DNA of 57,114 nucleotides, filler included, from Sluysia triapertura (taxonomy: Eukaryota): the NCBI GenBank assembly GCA_046118255.1. It is 4 parts of 4 records of this genome, joined end to end, with 100 filler letters (N's around TTAATTAATTAA, not from the genome) between each part and the next. Parts side by side here need not be neighbours in the genome. Positions count along the whole stretch, not along the records: positions 41,989 to 57,114 come from JBJNIA010238550.1; 3 more parts are not named here. One strand, 5' to 3'. The position numbers and the translations under genes are program-made. The notes beneath the pieces are model-generated. The model was not told the DNA's origin, did no database searches, and worked only from the letters and a program-made list of their open reading frames with translations. Shown one piece after another: positions 51,660-57,114 of the stretch (positions are counted from its first letter, which is position 1; each line of letters begins with the position of its first letter).

Positions 51660-53137
51660 CAAATAATTAAGTTATAAGTATGACATGTATCTTGTTTAAT
51701 AAAATATGTGTGAGGAAGAGTAAAGTTTTTTACCGACGAGGATAAGCTTGTAATTTTAAAAGATCTTTTTAAAGTTATAAATATGATGTATATCTAGTTT
51801 ATTAAAGAATGTGGGAGAAAGTTTGTTCCGATCAGAATGAGGTTGTCATTTTAAAAGATGAGGAAGTTTTTTGGAGAGATATAACAAATGCTAGGCAGAA
51901 CATTGATCCCGAACCAGTTCGAAATGCTATCGATGGTCTATGTAAGTGTTACATGTTTAACTTTTTTTAATTGATTCACGCTCTATTTCATGAACGCCAG
52001 GCGACCGGAAATTGTTCATACTTAATAAGGGAGATTTGAGAGTCTTTATGATAGTAAAATTTTCATGTGCCTTGAGCACCAACTTCATGGTTGTATTTAT
52101 GTGGGTGAAGATGATAATTTTTGTAATAAATTAAATAGTACAGATAAAATTAACAATAATAGATGTAATGTTAAATATCAAAATAATGATGATGATAATA
52201 AAATTAAATTTAATAATTTCAATACCACTTCATCCGCAATAATAATCTTAAACTTAGGGTTCGACTATAATGTGCTATTTACACTTAGTGACGTACCTAT
52301 AGAAATTTAACAAAGATTAAGAAAGTATTTTTATTAGCAATCTGAGAGTACGTATATTTATTTATCTTTTCTTATAACGTATATCGCTTATTCTGCAGTT
52401 ATAGTGCGGAAGGTGTATTCTTATAATTAATTCATTTTCTTATTCCTACGAAAATTTTCTTCAAATTTCAATTTAAAATTAGTTATTTTCTGAAGAGTAC
52501 AAATTCTTGAAGTTGTATGTTTGAATGCAGTTATATTCTAATTTGGATTTATATTAACTGTGTTTTTCCTTTTTAATTTTTTTAATTTATAATTCTGATG
52601 TTCCGAAATGTTCTTAGTTATATACACTTATAAACAAATTTCTTTCTTAATGTCTGTTAGGTTCTTCCAATATTTTATTATTATATTCGTTATAATAAAC
52701 ACCTTACAAATAAAATGTTATTTTGTAGTTTTATGTTTCCCTTTGTTGACAAGTACTATTTACCTGACAAGACTCGAACAGCTTTTCTTATCATTAAAAA
52801 TTTCTTTTACGTCTTTTTTACTTCACCAATAAAACAATCAAATCTTATTATAACAAATTTATCTTTACAATTATTTTAATATTTGATGTAATTGCATTAC
52901 CTTACAATTACACTTTTCTACTTATAGTTATGGCTATTAATTTCTTTCTGTTAATTTTATTTCGATTTTCCGTTCAGATTTACTTCTAATTCTTGGAATT
53001 CCCTTATTACTCAAATTATAACTAATAAATAAACACTAAATCATATAGTGAAATAATAAAATAAAGTCGTTTATACATAAGTGAATATACATGCATGATT
53101 ATATTAATTTATCAGGATTATATTATATCACCTAAAC

Positions 53138-53439
53138 CAGTGATGGCGAACCTATGACCCACGCAACAATTTCAAGTGACCCACAAGTTGTTTTATTTTT
53201 TTCCAACAAATTCCAAATTTTTTTTAAAATGTTTTTTCAAACAAATTCTTAATTCCGATTTTTTTTACAAAGCATACGCAAAATTTACAAAGTTTTCTTC
53301 ATATCAAAATAAACAACAGATTTCTCATTAAATAATGTATATTTAAACACTTAGTGACCCACGAGCTAGTGACCAACTGCTAGTCTAAAAATTAGTAAAC
53401 AAAATTTGACTCACTTCTCATAAAGGTTCGCCATCGCTG
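53138..53439. mobile_element. hAT (Buster/SPIN-like) MITE
   Basis: TIR CAGTGATGGCGAACCT / AGGTTCGCCATCGCTG (15/16); repeated TGACCCAC subterminal motifs; 8-bp flanks ACCTAAAC / CACTATAC with central TA. Confidence 0.85.
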
Positions 53440-53484
53440 CACTATACTAATAAATCATACTTATCTAAAGTTTTTGTTTTCGTT

Positions 53485-53913
53485 AATGTTTATCCTGTCA
53501 CATGGTATTATGAATCCATTACAAATAAAATGAATATTAATGACTTTTCGGCAGTGTGCTCCAAGCCACGAACGCTTCGCCAAAAACACAAGGAAAACGT
53601 GAACTTTTCCGGATGAAGTAATGAACGTGATATGTTCGTTCATCCCTTTACTAACAGAGTATTAGATTTCTAAGATATTTTTATGAATTTCAATTTCAAT
53701 GTTGCAGAAAATCTTGAAGTTTATCGTCATAGAATTGGTTATACTTCAACAAACTCTAATATACGTTACAAAACGGCTCTATGTCCGTATATGGCAATGA
53801 AGAATGGAAAATGAGAAAGATATGGTACAAAATGTAAATACTTCCACTCAATCAATGAATTTGAAGAGTTTGAAATTGATCCAAAGTTCGTATGACACAC
53901 TACAGCAGAATAG
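53485..53913 (+). pseudogene. Intronless CCCH zinc-finger pseudogene
   Basis: One frame with several stops, containing RYKTALCPYMAMKNGK*ERYGTKCKYFHSINEF (TIS11-type RYKTELC lead-in; C-x9-[TGA]-x6-C-x3-H). Confidence 0.7.
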
Positions 53914-54868
53914 ATGACTTATTGGTAGATCTTAATAATTTTTCTCCAACATTATATCCCAATACAAAAGCTATCAAAACCGTTACTAGCAATTCGACAA
54001 TTCTTTGATCAGATGAAGTTTCTTCTAATAACATTAAAGTAAATATTCAATATAATTACGATGATGATAATTTAATTATATATTTTTATTTAGTTAAGGA
54101 AACTGGACCTCGGAGAAAGTGGCATATTTGGAAATTGACTCTGATAAAAATTTTTAGATTAATTATTATAAATAAATTTAAGCTTTCAAATGTGTTTTTT
54201 TTATTTGTTAAATTTTAGAGCAATTTTTAGAATAACTTAAAGAGGAAGCATAATATTTCTCGGTATAATAAAGTTTTAATAATCTTAATTAAATTTCATA
54301 AGATAAACAACCTAAAAACTACACAAAAACTTGTGCCAAAGTTGGAGTGATTGAATTTGATTACTATTTTAACTACTTTGAATTTCAATTAAATTATGTT
54401 ACTCAAAACTCTTCTAAAGTGATACCTGCATAAAAACCATGGTATTCCGCTAGAACTACATAGTTCATAAAGTATTCCTCATGCTGAAAAGTTTTGGAAA
54501 CACTGATTAAGTTAATTATAGGATGATATTCATAAGTCATAAAGCCCAAATGTAAAAATAAGTTCTAAGATTAAAGAATCTAAAAAGGCGTTTTAAATAT
54601 GTATTTTTAAATTAAGAAAACCATAATGAAATTTCCCAAATCAGAAAATTTAATTCAAATATTCATAATTGTTTGGTAATTAAATTTTGTATTTGATTTT
54701 ATTTTTTGGGTTATACTTTTTTTTATTCTTCAATAGTGATCTAAAGTTCTTAAATAACCATAGCAAATTATACTTATATTTAATATCTTTAAAATTGAAT
54801 AAATTATTAACAAAGTGATATTTTGAATTTAAAAAATTTCGATAAGGAAATAACAAGTATGAACAAAC

Positions 54869-56015
54869 TGAAAGCCACGAGTCAATTTTACTGACAACAG
54901 CACCTCGAACTTCTGGAACTCCAGCTAATACAGTTAACGTTTTTATTACTGATCGAGACTGTGTATCCATCATGTAACGTTTTTCCATATTTTCTTTTAA
55001 AAAACTTGCTATTAAAGCATCTAACGAAGTTTTACAATTTTCATACCGATTACGAATTTCCTCATTCCCATTATTTAATAAAATCTGAAAAAAATAAAAG
55101 GAATCACAAAAATTGTATTTTTAGTTTCATTTATTATAAAATTATACTTCCAAGGTTAAATAATTTATTACCGCGTTAATTTGTGATATTACTGTAGAAT
55201 CAGAACTTTCTTTTGAACAAGCCTCAAGTAGAGCATTTACATCTTCAGATGGTAGATTACATGGATAAAATAATTTTATATCAACACCAGTTTTTGGAAA
55301 TGCTGTTTCAATGTTCTGAACAAATAGATTACATTCTGGCATATCAACCCAATTTCTTTCACCAAAACTATCATCCAAATAAGCTTTTACCATTGATAGA
55401 GGCCATTTATTATTTTCTTTGTGACTGCTGTAAAGCAAAAAACATAAAATAACGTGCAGTTGTTTGAGCTTAATCCCAGCTCCAAAATTACTTGACGTTT
55501 GAGATTTAAATGAACTTGTTATAGTATTAGATGAATCTTTACCAGTATAAGACAATATATTGCATAGAAATTCAACTATACCTTGCCGCTCAAAAAGAGA
55601 TGGATACTTTTTACAAACATAAAATAGTGCAAGGCCCTGGCTACAATATACATATTAATATAATAAATAATTAACAATAATTACCTTGGGAAAACTTTGC
55701 AATGTTTATTAGATAAAATTAAAGCAGACTTAATACTATTTACATAACTAATAACTATTGATTCAGATGATGCCAAATCACCTTTGTTGTTATCAATGCA
55801 AGAAATAAAACTTGAAGGTGATACTAACAAAAATTAATACTAAAATAAAACTTTACATTCATCAACTTTAGGGCGTTTAGGAGGTGGTAATGTATTTGTT
55901 GTTGGTCTAGTTTTGTTTTTTGTTCCTATGTTAAATAATTATTTTATTGATAAATAATACCCAAAGCTATTAAACTGCCTGGAGCTACTTGTGTTTTTTT
56001 CGGATTTTTACTCAT
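54869..56015 (-). CDS. INTS1: Integrator complex subunit 1, first five exons (56015-55961, 55925-55857, 55823-55685, 55640-55172, 55084-54869); remainder not found
   Basis: PGSLIALG, PPPKRPK, LFYVCKKYPSLF, WPLSMVKAYLDDSFGERNWVDMPECNLFVQNIETAF and GVPEVRGAVVSKIDSWL match the human INTS1 N-terminus; introns of 35, 33, 44 and 87 nt are frame-consistent. Confidence 0.92.
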
Positions 56016-56601
56016 TTAAATAAGCTATATAGAATATAAAATATTCTAATCGCAAAATGGGGAAAACAAATGCACTTAACTAAAGAACATTAATTAATTA
56101 CTACGTAAAATAATAAAGTCAAATAACAATTAAAAAAGTGGAACCAATAATTCATTAACATTTAATGTACAAAATCAATTATTTAAACAAAGTTTAACAT
56201 AAATAAATTTAAATAATAGTTATAACTACAGTGAAATTTAATAAGCACATAATTCATTTATGTTTTTCAGATTTGTAAAAAGTATTTTATTATCATTAAA
56301 CTTAATGAAGTGGTTTTGAGTTTATAATATTGAAATTGTGAACCAATCAAATGAAACATTTTTTAATATTTTGAAAATTGTTGCGTCATCAGTGGTTATT
56401 AGTGCACTCTATTGATTGTCATAATACAATTATTTGATCTGTAATCCAATATTGTTGGTAGTAATAAAGAACAGACCTGAAAATAATATTGATGAGTAAT
56501 GATAATAAGATGTATAATAATAAAATGTATATATTCAAATAAACTGAAAATAATTTTTTAAATAAAATAAATTTAATTAATTATCTGAAAAATTCTATAT
56601 G

Positions 56602-56633
<32 letters not shown>

Positions 56634-56644
56634 TAACATATAAA

Positions 56645-56990
56645 TGTTGGGATTGTCCAACTGTGGATTAGGAGATTAGTAAGAGACGTATAGAACCACA
56701 AAGTGAGGGAAGAGTTGATTCAAAGTGATAGATTGAAATTATGAATATTGTTGGAAAAAGAATCATGAAAATAAAAACATCTATAATAATTATAACAGCT
56801 AAAGAATACCTTTATAACATTCTAAAGACCTATATAAGGTGTCGAGACCTTGTGGAGGCTTGTTAATTTTGAGATCATCTGAGACCTTATTAACCTTTAA
56901 GTATTCTCAAAACCTTTATAAGCATCTGAGATCTTTGCGTAATTTTATAAAGTACATAAAACGTTTCGAATACTTGAGAAATAAAATCAT
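56645..56990 (+). repeat. LTR-like repeat
   Basis: TGTTGG start, CTATATAAG, AATAAA; local similarity to the reverse complement of 34200-34400. Confidence 0.4.
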
Positions 56991-57114
56991 TGTTTAAAAT
57001 AATAAAGATAAGTTTAATATAGTAATACACTTGGTTCTCTTTTTATGCGGTTTTTTTTATGCGATTTTAGAGTTATGTGGTTTTTTTATGGCAAGAAAAA
57101 AAAATTTTGGAAAG

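Noticed and set aside
53812-53814. TGA at the second Cys of the CCCH finger as selenocysteine or recoding
   Set aside because: The same frame also contains TAA, TAG and other TGA stops, CDK9 uses TGA as a stop, and no SECIS is evident. Simple decay explains it.
26692-56015. CDK9 and INTS1 as a Pol II pause-release gene cluster
   Set aside because: They are 26 kb apart and separated by an artificial spacer; there is no evidence of real linkage.

Overview
Very AT-rich eukaryotic (animal-like) genomic DNA with ultra-short GT-AG introns, mostly 31-52 nt. This fits a compact, probably parasitic invertebrate; an orthonectid-like genome is a guess. The window is not contiguous: it has one 205-N gap and three artificial 100-nt N44-TTAATTAATTAA-N44 spacers. 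Host genes reconstructed by hand: complete CDK9 (5 exons, minus strand), a head-to-head 80-aa Ashwin-like gene, a complete Egalitarian-like gene (three winged-helix-like repeats, an OB/cold-shock-like domain, a C-terminal LC8-type TQT motif, no exonuclease domain) and the first five exons of INTS1. Isolated exons belong to a receptor guanylyl cyclase, a BTB protein and a type II membrane protein. There are also PSMD4 and CCCH zinc-finger pseudogene fragments. The rest is mostly decayed mobile DNA: piggyBac-like, hAT, pogo and mariner elements, a Ty3/gypsy gag, LTR-like repeats, an RLE-type non-LTR fragment and a tRNA-derived SINE. The most unusual object is a decayed virus-like element in two oppositely oriented copies (about 30.7-32.7 kb minus and 40.2-41.55 kb plus). 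In it, a Bcl-2-like domain (W-x-x-x-QGGW, BH2-like) lies directly upstream of a signal peptide and a chuvirus-type class III glycoprotein. All family calls rest on motif recognition by eye; no searches were run.
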